From NCBI RefSeq assembly GCF_000008665.1, contig NC_000917.1, positions 720,001-752,000 on the forward strand: 32,000 bases of DNA, written 5' to 3'. Each line of letters starts with the position of its first letter. The first letter of the stretch is position 1. A program made the translations under genes and the position numbers. Below, one piece after another: positions 8,196 through 16,644 of the stretch. This DNA comes from Archaeoglobus fulgidus DSM 4304. GTDB taxonomy: Archaea; Halobacteriota; Archaeoglobi; Archaeoglobales; Archaeoglobaceae. The notes below the pieces were generated by a model, which was given only the letters and a program-made list of their open reading frames with translations, did no database searches and was not told the origin of the DNA.

Positions 8196-10055
8196 TCACT
8201 GAAGCTTCAGCTCCCCAACCTTCTCCCAGCTGTTCTCATCGTAAACGCTGATTTCCTCAGGGCCGATGATGTATAGATAATCGTCAATGTAGATTGCCCT
8301 AACGGCATTTCCCTTCACAGCTTTAATCAGCTTCAAACCATCTTTGTAGGAGAAGATGTAGCCGTTCTGCCCTGCAGGCAGGAAGAAGATTCCGTGCTGG
8401 CTGTCGAGGAGGAAGGCGTGGTGGTTGCTGAGCACCTCACTCCAGTATTCCTGTAGAATGTACCTGTTCTTCTCCTTCGGGCTGGTTAAGTCGGAGATGT
8501 CGAAGAGGGAGAGCTTGACGTTCCCCTCTTCTCTGCCTACGCCGAGAACGGTGTTCTCATCAATTCTGTGGAGGTAGGAAGAGAAGCCCGGAATCTTCAG
8601 CTCTCCCACGATTTTCGGATTTTCAGGATTTGAGAGGTCGAGGACGAAGAAGGGGTCGGTCTGGCGGAAGGTTACGATGAATCCAACATCTCCGTCAAAC
8701 CTCACTGCATAAATTCTCTCGTCGAGGCCGAATCCCTGTATCTTCCCCACAACCTCAAGCTTTTCGTCAAGCACGTAGAGGTCGTTCTCGTCCCAATCAA
8801 CTGTTGTCGCCACTCTCAGGTAGCCGTTGTATTCATCAAGGGAGAACCGGTTGAGGAGCCTTCCCGGGACTGAGTTCATCCCTTCAGCCTCAAGCTGCAG
8901 AGAGAATTTGGCGATGTGCGTCTTCTCAATCTCCCTCGCGTGTTTCTTCGTGAAGTTCTCCCACCTGTTGTAATACTCATTTTCAAACTTCAGCCTCTCG
9001 TCCTCGCTCATTGAAGCTCTGAGCTGCTCCAGAAGGTACATTATCTCGACCTGCTTGGCTCTGCTGCTTATGTCGTAATCCATCAGCTTCTCTATCTTCT
9101 CTCTAATCCAGTCCGGAACCAAGTCGGGGTTTTCGGAAATGAACTGGTAGGTGAGCTTTGCAGGGTCAGCATAGGAGTTGTAGGTGACGTAGATTGCATT
9201 TTTGCTCATGTAAACAACCGACATGCCCGATGAACCGACAAAGGAGACTGAGTTCTCAACCTCTCCCGTTTTGGCGTCAAGTTTAACGACGGTGTAGGTT
9301 GTGTCGACGGTTACGGGAATTGTTGGATGATAGATTCTGCTGCAAGCAATCTCCACGGACTTTCCGTTAACTGTTAGAGGTCTTATGGGGCATGGTTCGC
9401 CAAAGTTCAGCCAGCTTCTCGTTACAACGTAGAGCTTTCCGCCATAAAGCCTTGCATCAACGTAGCTGCCGTTAAACTCGGCGCTCCACACCTCCTTCTG
9501 CGTTTCAGTGTTGTAAGCATAAATGCCCTCGGAGTTGAGAATCATCAGAACGTTTTCGTGGAGGAGGAGGTTGCCGGACTCTTTTATTTCACCAGTAATG
9601 CTGAGGTTCGATGGTGGGAAGGCTCTGATTACCTTCGTTGTGTCGATGTAGTATTTTTCCGGATAGCGGATATAAACAATGAAGGGGAAGGGAGAGTAGT
9701 AGATGTTGACTCCGTCCGTTTTAACGATGTCTGGCTCATCGATGCCCTTAACCTGAACATTGGTCTCAGAATACCTTTCGGGAGTCGTAGTTACTGCTGG
9801 AATGGCTGTGGGAGTTGCTTCCCCCAAGGGAGCTCCCTTAGAGGAATCCACCATCACTTCAGCCCTTGCGGTGTAAACCACTGGATAGAATGCAGAGATT
9901 TCAGCGCTTTTTGCCAGATACTCCCTGAACTCATCAGGAGAGGAGAAGGTTTTCAGGCTCGCCACCTCTTCAGCCTGCTCTGGCTGATTGGCAGTGAAAA
10001 CAAATCCCGCAATAACCACCGCCGCCACCGCAATTATCGCAATTAGTTTTTTCAT
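8196..10055 (-). CDS. Membrane-anchored or secreted beta-propeller domain protein (COG4880 / Beta_propel-like)
   Basis: It has an N-terminal hydrophobic anchor (MKKLIAIIAVAAVVIAGFVF), then the 'LKTFSSPDEFREYL' region and a long beta-rich C-terminus. This resembles the archaeal/bacterial secreted beta-propeller family. The family call is from memory of the family pattern. Confidence 0.75.
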   Translation of the reverse strand: MKKLIAIIAVAAVVIAGFVFTANQPEQAEEVASLKTFSSPDEFREYLAKSAEISAFYPVVYTARAEVMVDSSKGAPLGEATPTAIPAVTTTPERYSETNVQVKGIDEPDIVKTDGVNIYYSPFPFIVYIRYPEKYYIDTTKVIRAFPPSNLSITGEIKESGNLLLHENVLMILNSEGIYAYNTETQKEVWSAEFNGSYVDARLYGGKLYVVTRSWLNFGEPCPIRPLTVNGKSVEIACSRIYHPTIPVTVDTTYTVVKLDAKTGEVENSVSFVGSSGMSVVYMSKNAIYVTYNSYADPAKLTYQFISENPDLVPDWIREKIEKLMDYDISSRAKQVEIMYLLEQLRASMSEDERLKFENEYYNRWENFTKKHAREIEKTHIAKFSLQLEAEGMNSVPGRLLNRFSLDEYNGYLRVATTVDWDENDLYVLDEKLEVVGKIQGFGLDERIYAVRFDGDVGFIVTFRQTDPFFVLDLSNPENPKIVGELKIPGFSSYLHRIDENTVLGVGREEGNVKLSLFDISDLTSPKEKNRYILQEYWSEVLSNHHAFLLDSQHGIFFLPAGQNGYIFSYKDGLKLIKAVKGNAVRAIYIDDYLYIIGPEEISVYDENSWEKVGELKLQ

Positions 10056-10157
10056 GTCAATTGCTATGCAGGCAAACTATTTATATGATTTCAATTCGTT
10101 CGAAAATATTCATACAAAAGAATTCAAACTTATATACCGCAGGCAAAAGGTGGGGTT

Positions 10158-10427
10158 ATGATTGCCCTCGAAATCTACGTCAGCGGCAACGTTCAGGGGG
10201 TGGGGTTCAGGTACTTCACACGCAGGGTTGCGAGGGAGCTGGGCATTAAGGGTTACGTTAAAAACCTCCCGGACGGGAGGGTTTACATATACGCCGTCGG
10301 AGAGGAGCTTACTCTTGACAAGTTCCTCTCAGCCGTAAAATCTGGACCTCCGCTTGCCACTGTTAGGGGGGTTGAGGTTAAAAAGGCTGAAATTGAAAAC
10401 TACGAAAGCTTCGAGGTGGCCTACTGA
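10158..10427 (+). CDS. acyP: Acylphosphatase
   Basis: Contains the [13 protein letters not shown] signature, is 89 aa, and has an AAGGTGGGG SD before the ATG. Confidence 0.9.
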   Translation: MIALEIYVSGNVQGVGFRYFTRRVARELGIKGYVKNLPDGRVYIYAVGEELTLDKFLSAVKSGPPLATVRGVEVKKAEIENYESFEVAY

Positions 10428-11242
10428 TGCTGGCCAAAAGAATAATCCCCTGTCTCGACGTAACTCTTGACGAAAGTGAAGCGAGGGTTGTTAAGGGAGT
10501 GGAGTTCGTCAATCTTAGGGATGCTGGCGACCCAGTTGAGCTGGCGAAGAGGTACGACGAGGAGGGGGCAGACGAGCTTGTTTTTCTTGACATCACAGCC
10601 TCTCCAGAAGGGAGAAGGACGATGATTGATGTTATAGAGAGAACTGCGGAGCAGGTTTTCATCCCCTTCACCGTTGGAGGGGGGATAAAGAGCATTGAGG
10701 ACATAAACACCATTCTCTCTGCTGGAGCGGACAAGGTTTCTATCAACACCGCCGCCGTCAAAAACCCCGAATTTGTGAGAGAGGCTGCGGATATTTTCGG
10801 CAGCCAGTGCATTGTTGTTGCCATTGACTGCAGGAGGAACTTCGACCTGAGCAAGGGTGAATACATCGTGGAGCTTGAGGATGGCACGAAGGCGTGGTAC
10901 GAGGTTGTGATTTACGGCGGGAGAAAGCCCGTCGGCATAGATGCGGTCTGGTGGGCGAAGAGGGTTGAGGAGCTTGGCGCTGGAGAGATTCTGCTCACGT
11001 CGATGAACAGAGACGGCACGAAGGATGGTTTCGACATCCCCATAACGAGAAAGATAAGCGAGGAGGTTAACATTCCAGTCATAGCTTCAGGAGGAGCTGG
11101 AACAAAGGAGCACTTCTACGAGGGGTTTGTGGAAGGGAAGGCCGATGCGTGCTTAGCTGCAAGCATCTTCCACTACAGAGAAATTGGAATCAGGGAAATT
11201 AAGGAGTATCTGGCTGAGAGGGGCGTGCAGGTGAGATTGTGA
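10427..11242 (+). CDS. hisF: Imidazole glycerol phosphate synthase, cyclase subunit
   Basis: Contains [19 protein letters not shown] and ASGGAG motifs of HisF. The start overlaps the acyP stop (TGATG). Confidence 0.95.
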   Translation: MLAKRIIPCLDVTLDESEARVVKGVEFVNLRDAGDPVELAKRYDEEGADELVFLDITASPEGRRTMIDVIERTAEQVFIPFTVGGGIKSIEDINTILSAGADKVSINTAAVKNPEFVREAADIFGSQCIVVAIDCRRNFDLSKGEYIVELEDGTKAWYEVVIYGGRKPVGIDAVWWAKRVEELGAGEILLTSMNRDGTKDGFDIPITRKISEEVNIPVIASGGAGTKEHFYEGFVEGKADACLAASIFHYREIGIREIKEYLAERGVQVRL

Positions 11243-11523
11243 AAATTTCCGAGTTTCAGAGGATGATTTCGGAAATTTACATAAACCGTGACAGGGAGAG
11301 GGGCGTTGAAAAGACCATGCTGTGGGTTGTTGAAGAGGTTGGGGAGCTTGCTGAGGCTGTGAGGAAGGGAACTAACGTTGGAGAGGAGATTGCGGATGTG
11401 ATGGCGTGGCTCGTAAGCCTCGCCAATCTGCTGGATGTTGACGTGGAGGAGGAAATTTTAAAAAAGTATCCCGGTTACTGCATTCGCTGCGGAAAAAAGC
11501 CGTGTGAGTGTGATTCGAAATGA
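11239..11523 (+). CDS. Small MazG-like nucleotide pyrophosphohydrolase with a C-terminal Cys cluster
   Basis: [10 protein letters not shown]...[10 protein letters not shown] is the EExxE...ExxD all-alpha NTP-PPase pattern. The C-terminus reads [16 protein letters not shown]. The gene has a GTGA overlap with hisF and an ATGA overlap with the next gene. Confidence 0.8.
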   Translation: MKISEFQRMISEIYINRDRERGVEKTMLWVVEEVGELAEAVRKGTNVGEEIADVMAWLVSLANLLDVDVEEEILKKYPGYCIRCGKKPCECDSK

Positions 11524-12665
11524 GGTTCAAGATGGTAAGCGAGGACGATATTAAGAACGGAATTGTTACGGATAAGTACTTCATCTGGACGGAGAAGGTT
11601 CTGAAGGCGAAGAACGTCAATCCCACTGTGGTGGCAGAGGTTACGACGTCAGGATGGGGAGTCTTCGCAGGCCTTGAAGATGCCCTCAACCTCCTCGAAG
11701 GTCTGCCCATTGACGTTTACGCAATGCCAGAGGGCAGCCTTTTCTTCCCCCACGAGCCCGTGATGACCATTGTAGGTAAATACCAGGACTTTGCGAGGTA
11801 TGAGACCTCTTTGCTGGGCTTCCTCTGCCACGCCAGCGCTGTCGCAACACAGGCCTTCAGGTTCAAGCTTGCGGCTGGGGACAAGAGGGTTTACTCCTTT
11901 GGCACGAGGAGGATGCATCCTGCCATAGCCCCTGCAATAGAGAGAGCAGCGTACATCGGCGGTGTTGATGGGGTCAGCAACTACTCTGCCGAGAAGTACC
12001 TCGGCCTGAAAAGCATGGGAACGATGCCTCATGCCATGATAATCTGCTTCGGCAACCAGGTTGAGGCGTGGAGGAGCTTTGATGAGGTTGTTGACAAAGA
12101 AGTGCCGAGAACGATGCTGGTGGACACCTACTTTGATGAGAAAACAGAAGCTGTGATGGCCGTTGAGAATGTTGAGAACGTGAGCGGAGTGAGGCTCGAC
12201 ACTCCCTCATCAAGAAGGGGCAAGTTCAGGAAGATTGTCGAAGAGGTGAGGTGGGAGCTGGACATCAGGGGAAAGCAGCACGTCAGAATTTTCGTCAGCG
12301 GAGGGCTCAGCTTAAAGGACGTTCTTGAGCTGAGGGACATCGTTGATGCCTTTGGCGTTGGGACTGCAATAAGCGGAGCGAATCCCGTTGACTTCGCGTT
12401 GGACATAGTGGAGAGAGAGGGCAGATTTGCGGCCAAGAGGGGCAAGAGAGGAGGAATGAAGCAGGTTTACAGGCACTGGGATGAGCTTAGGGATGAGGTG
12501 AAGCTTTTCAGGGAAGAATACAGCGGAAAGGGCGAGCCACTGCTGAGGAAGGTAATAGAGGGCGGGAAGATTATCGAAAATACAGACATGGAGAAAGCGA
12601 GAGAGCTCGTGCTGAGACAGATGGAGATTATAAGAAAGCTGGGGAGAGAGGAAGAGTTTTTGTGA
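11520..12665 (+). CDS. Nicotinate phosphoribosyltransferase, archaeal type
   Basis: A type II PRTase barrel with the GTMPHAMI motif, a DTP/SSRRG region and a GVGT motif. The 381-aa length is typical of archaeal NAPRT. Confidence 0.85.
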   Translation: MRFKMVSEDDIKNGIVTDKYFIWTEKVLKAKNVNPTVVAEVTTSGWGVFAGLEDALNLLEGLPIDVYAMPEGSLFFPHEPVMTIVGKYQDFARYETSLLGFLCHASAVATQAFRFKLAAGDKRVYSFGTRRMHPAIAPAIERAAYIGGVDGVSNYSAEKYLGLKSMGTMPHAMIICFGNQVEAWRSFDEVVDKEVPRTMLVDTYFDEKTEAVMAVENVENVSGVRLDTPSSRRGKFRKIVEEVRWELDIRGKQHVRIFVSGGLSLKDVLELRDIVDAFGVGTAISGANPVDFALDIVEREGRFAAKRGKRGGMKQVYRHWDELRDEVKLFREEYSGKGEPLLRKVIEGGKIIENTDMEKARELVLRQMEIIRKLGREEEFL

Positions 12666-12666
12666 A

Positions 12667-12682
12667 TTTTCTTTTCTTATTT
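12667..12682 (+). terminator. Oligo-T-rich terminator candidate after the NAPRT gene
   Basis: TTTTCTTTTCTTATTT begins 2 nt after the TGA at 12663-12665. Confidence 0.4.
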
Positions 12683-12733
12683 AAGGAGGAAATAGCCTAA
12701 AATTCGGCTTTTCTTTGTTCAGAAGCTTTATTT

Positions 12734-12747
12734 AAACAAAAAAATAA
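12734..12747 (-). terminator. Oligo-T terminator candidate after livF
   Basis: The minus strand reads TTATTTTTTTGTTT, about 10 nt after the livF stop. Confidence 0.4.
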
Positions 12748-12756
12748 GAGATATCT

Positions 12757-13464
12757 TCAAATACCGAGATATGCCCTCTTCACCTCTGGGTTTGCCAAGA
12801 CCTCATCGGCTTTACCGCTGAGCCTTATTTCTCCAAGCTCCATGACGTAAGTCCTGTCGGAAACTTTCAAACAGAGAGAGGCGTTCTGCTCTGAGACAAG
12901 AATAGCCGTGTCTTTTTTTATTTCTTTTAACACCTCAAAAACACTCCACGAAAGCTTAGGAGACAATCCCAGGCTTGGCTCGTCCAGGAGCAGGAGTTTC
13001 GGGGATGGCATCAGAGCTCTGGCAATTGCGAGCATCTGCTGCTCACCACCGCTCATCGTCCCTGCCCTCTGGTTAATTCTTTCTTTCAGAACCGGGAATA
13101 TCTCGAAAACGTACTCAAGCCTTTCCTTAAACCCCTTCTTGTCCTTCCTTTTAGTGTAGTAGCCGAGGAGGAGGTTTTTGTAAACGCTAAGCTCTGGAAA
13201 GAGGAATCTACCTTCCGGACAGTGGGTGATGCCTATTGAAACAATCTCTTCAGGGCTTTTCCCCGCAATGTCTTCTCCCTCAAAGATTATTCTGCCGCTT
13301 CTCGGCTTGATTAGGCCAGAAATAGTTCTGAAAAGAGTGCTTTTTCCTGCACCATTGCTACCAATTATCGAGACGATTTCGCCACGGTCAACTTCGAGAT
13401 TCACACCTCTGAGAACCTCGTAGCTGCCGTATGCTACGTGAAGGTCTTTAACCTCAAACAACAT
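12757..13464 (-). CDS. livF: Branched-chain amino acid ABC transporter, ATP-binding protein (LivF type)
   Basis: Walker A is GSNGAGKST, the signature is MSGGEQQML and Walker B is LLLLDEPS. Start set at ATG (MLFEVKDL), 3 codons inside the track's GTG. It overlaps livG by 11 nt. Confidence 0.9.
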   Translation of the reverse strand: MLFEVKDLHVAYGSYEVLRGVNLEVDRGEIVSIIGSNGAGKSTLFRTISGLIKPRSGRIIFEGEDIAGKSPEEIVSIGITHCPEGRFLFPELSVYKNLLLGYYTKRKDKKGFKERLEYVFEIFPVLKERINQRAGTMSGGEQQMLAIARALMPSPKLLLLDEPSLGLSPKLSWSVFEVLKEIKKDTAILVSEQNASLCLKVSDRTYVMELGEIRLSGKADEVLANPEVKRAYLGI

Positions 13465-14200
13465 AGCTCTCACCCAAATATGCCTTAATGACTCTTTCGT
13501 TCTCTACGATTTCCTTAGGGCTGCCTTCTGCGATAATCTCTCCGCTGTCCAGAACGACAATTCTGTCAGAAACACCCATTATGAACCTCATTTTATGCTC
13601 AATTATTGCAACTGTAACACCTCTCTCCTTCAGAGTCCTTATAATTTCCAGAATTCTGTCCGTCTCCTCCAGATTCAGACCTGCTGTAGGCTCGTCGAGC
13701 AAAAGCAGCTTTGGCTTTGTTGCCAGTGCAATGGCGATGGAAAGCCTCCTTTGAGCTTCCTGCGGAAGGTTTTTGACAGGAGTGAAGGCCTTTTCATCAA
13801 GTCCAACAAAGTTTAAAAGTTCCATGGCCTCCTTGAAGGTCTCGTCACCGTTCTCTTCTCTCAGGGCGGATAGAACGCCGCTTCTGTACCATGCGGTGAG
13901 CGTTATGAGCAGGTTACCGATTGCAGGTAGGTTGAAGTACAGACTGACCGTCTGGAAAGTTCTGCTTATCCCGAGCCTTACGATTTTATGTGGAGGCATG
14001 GTCGTTATGTTCTTCCCCTCGAAGATTATAACACCCTCATCTGGTTTGTAAAGGCCCGAAATGACGTTGAACAAGGTCGTCTTTCCAGCCCCATTTGGCC
14101 CAATAATCCCCAGAACTTCCCCCTTCCTGATTTCAAAGGTTACGTTGTTCAGAGCTATTAGACCTCCAAATCTTATTCCAACTCCCTCAACTTTCAGCAT
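13454..14200 (-). CDS. livG: Branched-chain amino acid ABC transporter, ATP-binding protein (LivG type)
   Basis: Walker A is GPNGAGKTT and Walker B is LLLLDEPTAGL. The LivG-type insertion and C-terminal IKAYLG are present. Confidence 0.9.
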   Translation of the reverse strand: MLKVEGVGIRFGGLIALNNVTFEIRKGEVLGIIGPNGAGKTTLFNVISGLYKPDEGVIIFEGKNITTMPPHKIVRLGISRTFQTVSLYFNLPAIGNLLITLTAWYRSGVLSALREENGDETFKEAMELLNFVGLDEKAFTPVKNLPQEAQRRLSIAIALATKPKLLLLDEPTAGLNLEETDRILEIIRTLKERGVTVAIIEHKMRFIMGVSDRIVVLDSGEIIAEGSPKEIVENERVIKAYLGESYVV

Positions 14201-14211
14201 TCTACCACCTA

Positions 14212-15183
14212 TCAGAACTTACCTACAAGAGCCCTTTTGGGAAGTTTTTCTCCCTTCTCGGCCTTTCTAGAGTAGTAAGCCCCCATAACTCCTTTTGGCA
14301 TGAACAGAATCGCCAAAAGGAATACGATTCCCTGAACGAGGACTGTGTACTGAGCGAGTGTGAAGAAGACCTCGTTTATCAGCGTAACAACGGCGGTTCC
14401 TATGAACGGTCCAAGCATAGTTCCAGCGCCTCCAAAGATGATAGCGGTGAGGAATGCAAAGCTGTTAACGAAGCTCGTAATATCTGGAAAGATGCTGCCG
14501 ATGTATGCAGAGTAGAAGGCTCCAGCAACAGCGGCGAAGATGGCACTTAAGACGAAAGAGGCAACCTTGAACTTCGTAAGATTTACCCCTGCGTACTCGG
14601 CCAATAGCTCATTCTCTCTGATTGCAACTATTATGCTGCCGAAGGAGGACCTGATTATAAGCCAGTAAAGGAGAGTCATGACGATCAGAACGGCCAGCAT
14701 GAGGTAGTAAAAGTTGTAGGTTCCACTGAAACTGATTGAAATACCGCTAAGCTCAATTGACGGAGAAGGGATGCCAAAAAGCCCCCTCGGCCCTCTGGTA
14801 ACCTCATCCCACTTGTCCACAACTTCATAGATTATGACGTTGAATAAGAGCGTGGCAATGGCAAAGTACGCACCCTTAAGTCTGAGAGTCATTAGACCTA
14901 TCAGGAACGCCACAAAGGCCACGAAGGCGATTGCCACGATCACTGACGCCCAGAAAGACCAGCCGTTAAGCACAAGCAAGGCGCTAACGTAGGCTCCAAG
15001 ACCGTAAAAAGCTCCCTGAGCCAGAGAAGCTTGGCCTGTGTATCCGATTATTATGTTCAGCCCCATGGCAGCTATTGTGTATATTATGAACAGCGTTGAA
15101 ATCCTGAGCGCATAAGACGAACCTGTCAGCGGCAGAAGCACTGCCAGAATCAAAATTACGGGATAAACAAACTTCCAGTTCAT
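14212..15183 (-). CDS. livM: Branched-chain amino acid ABC transporter permease (LivM type)
   Basis: A polytopic membrane protein with the GQ.SLAQGAF..LGAY motif. It has an ATGA overlap with livH. Confidence 0.9.
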   Translation of the reverse strand: MNWKFVYPVILILAVLLPLTGSSYALRISTLFIIYTIAAMGLNIIIGYTGQASLAQGAFYGLGAYVSALLVLNGWSFWASVIVAIAFVAFVAFLIGLMTLRLKGAYFAIATLLFNVIIYEVVDKWDEVTRGPRGLFGIPSPSIELSGISISFSGTYNFYYLMLAVLIVMTLLYWLIIRSSFGSIIVAIRENELLAEYAGVNLTKFKVASFVLSAIFAAVAGAFYSAYIGSIFPDITSFVNSFAFLTAIIFGGAGTMLGPFIGTAVVTLINEVFFTLAQYTVLVQGIVFLLAILFMPKGVMGAYYSRKAEKGEKLPKRALVGKF

Positions 15184-16073
15184 GCTCTCCTCTCCTTCTT
15201 ACCAAACAGACCTTCTGGCTTGAGAATCAGGATGGCGACAAGAATCCCAAACGCAACGAGGTTTTTCCACCTGATGTCAAAATAACCGCCGTAGAGGGAT
15301 TCAACAATTCCGAGGACCAGCCCTCCGGCTATGGCACCCGGGATGTTCCCAAGCCCACCAACGACGCAGATTACGAAGGCCTTCAAGTTGAGCTCAGCAC
15401 CCATTATAGGATACACAAGAGTTATTGGAGCAATTAATGCCGCTGCGAAACCTGCAAGCGCCCCGGCAATGGCAAAGGCTATTAGCGTCATCTTATCGGT
15501 GTTGATTCCAACGAGCTTCGCTCCTATTGGCGATTGAGCAACAGCCTCGAGAGCTATTCCGGTTACCGTCCTTCTCAAAAAGTACAGCAGAGACGCTATG
15601 GCGGCGATGGAGCAGAAAAGGACGATAAGCCTCTGCGCGTTAATTCTCAGTGCTCCAATAACAACCATGTAGTCGAAGGGTGTGTGAATGCGCTGGTATC
15701 TCGGACCGAAGACTGCCAGGGCGAATCCTTCCAGCAGCATTAAAAGACCTATTGCTGCAATGAATGACGTTATGTGAGGAGCACTTAGCAATCTCTTGTA
15801 AACGAAAAGGTAGCTCAGAACGGCAATTACGGAAGAGACTGCTACTGCACCGAGAATTGCAGCAACATAGCTGATTTCAAGCATGCTGCCAGCTACTGAG
15901 GCTGCAAGGAATCCCGCGTAAGCACCGATCATGTATCTGTTCCCGTGGGAGAAATCCGGAATCTGCAAAATACCGTAGATTATTGTAATCCCCAGTGCCG
16001 TTAGGGCATAAATGAACCCCACTACGAGTCCCCCTAAGAGCAGGTTCATGAAATAATTTATTTCAATCATCAT
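15180..16073 (-). CDS. livH: Branched-chain amino acid ABC transporter permease (LivH type)
   Basis: A polytopic membrane protein with a LivH-like N-terminus (LLGGLVVGFIYALTALG). Start set at the ATGATG at 16073. The track's longer version begins at a TTG in AT-rich spacer. Confidence 0.85.
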   Translation of the reverse strand: MMIEINYFMNLLLGGLVVGFIYALTALGITIIYGILQIPDFSHGNRYMIGAYAGFLAASVAGSMLEISYVAAILGAVAVSSVIAVLSYLFVYKRLLSAPHITSFIAAIGLLMLLEGFALAVFGPRYQRIHTPFDYMVVIGALRINAQRLIVLFCSIAAIASLLYFLRRTVTGIALEAVAQSPIGAKLVGINTDKMTLIAFAIAGALAGFAAALIAPITLVYPIMGAELNLKAFVICVVGGLGNIPGAIAGGLVLGIVESLYGGYFDIRWKNLVAFGILVAILILKPEGLFGKKERRA

Positions 16074-16094
16074 TTTAAAATAGGATTGCAAAAG

Positions 16095-16100
16095 TATAAA
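16095..16100 (-). promoter_or_regulatory. TATA-like box (TTTATA on minus strand) about 21 nt upstream of the livH ATG; possible internal promoter giving a leaderless or short-leader transcript
   Basis: The minus strand reads AAAAAGGTTTTATACTTTTGCAATCCTATTTTAAAATGATG. It shows a purine-rich BRE-like stretch, then TTTATA, at spacing typical of archaeal promoters. Confidence 0.35.
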
Positions 16101-16221
16101 ACCTTTTTGGTTTTTTTCCAATTAATAGCATTAGACTCCCACTGTACATCATAGAAAGTGAAATTTTTCCTCATGGAGTTTCACTAATTCGCCTTTTGAG
16201 CACTTTAGGATAACCAAAATC

Positions 16222-16617
16222 TCACTTAATACATATCACCGGTTTGTTTGCTTTAAGGATTACATCCCTCGCAACACTCCCAAAAATCAGCTTTCCAGTA
16301 GGACTTCTCTTTCTGATCCCGATGACTATTGCAATTGCGTCAACTTCGTCGGCAAAGTCCACGATATCGTCTGGTGGCTCCTTTCCCCTCACGAGAAGAT
16401 GCTCCTCCCCCTCTGCCCCTTCTTTCCTTATTATGCTGACTGCCCATGAAAGAGTCTCCTTCGCCTCGATTATGTCCTCATCTTTCGTCCTTCCTCCACC
16501 TGGTAGAGAGTGGACTACATACACAGGGACTCCACGTAACCTGGCCTCTTCTGCGGCAAACCTAAGAACTCTCTCAGCCCTATCCGACTTTTTATCTACT
16601 GCAACCACAATCGGCAT
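16222..16617 (-). CDS. Universal stress protein (UspA family)
   Basis: Contains PIVVAVDKKSD...VYVVHS and the C-terminal GSVARDVILKANKPVICIK USP pattern. Start at ATG (MPIVVAVD), 4 codons inside the track's GTG. Confidence 0.85.
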   Translation of the reverse strand: MPIVVAVDKKSDRAERVLRFAAEEARLRGVPVYVVHSLPGGGRTKDEDIIEAKETLSWAVSIIRKEGAEGEEHLLVRGKEPPDDIVDFADEVDAIAIVIGIRKRSPTGKLIFGSVARDVILKANKPVICIK

Positions 16618-16644
16618 ATATATCACCAAAAAATAATGGAAAGT

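Noticed and set aside
16070-16174. 34-codon upstream ORF (MRKNFTFYDVQWESNAINWKKTKKVLYFCNPILK) ending in an ATGA overlap with the livH start
   Set aside because: It has no SD. It lies upstream of the candidate internal TATA box, so it would be outside that transcript, and its composition reflects AT-rich spacer. It remains only a remote possibility.
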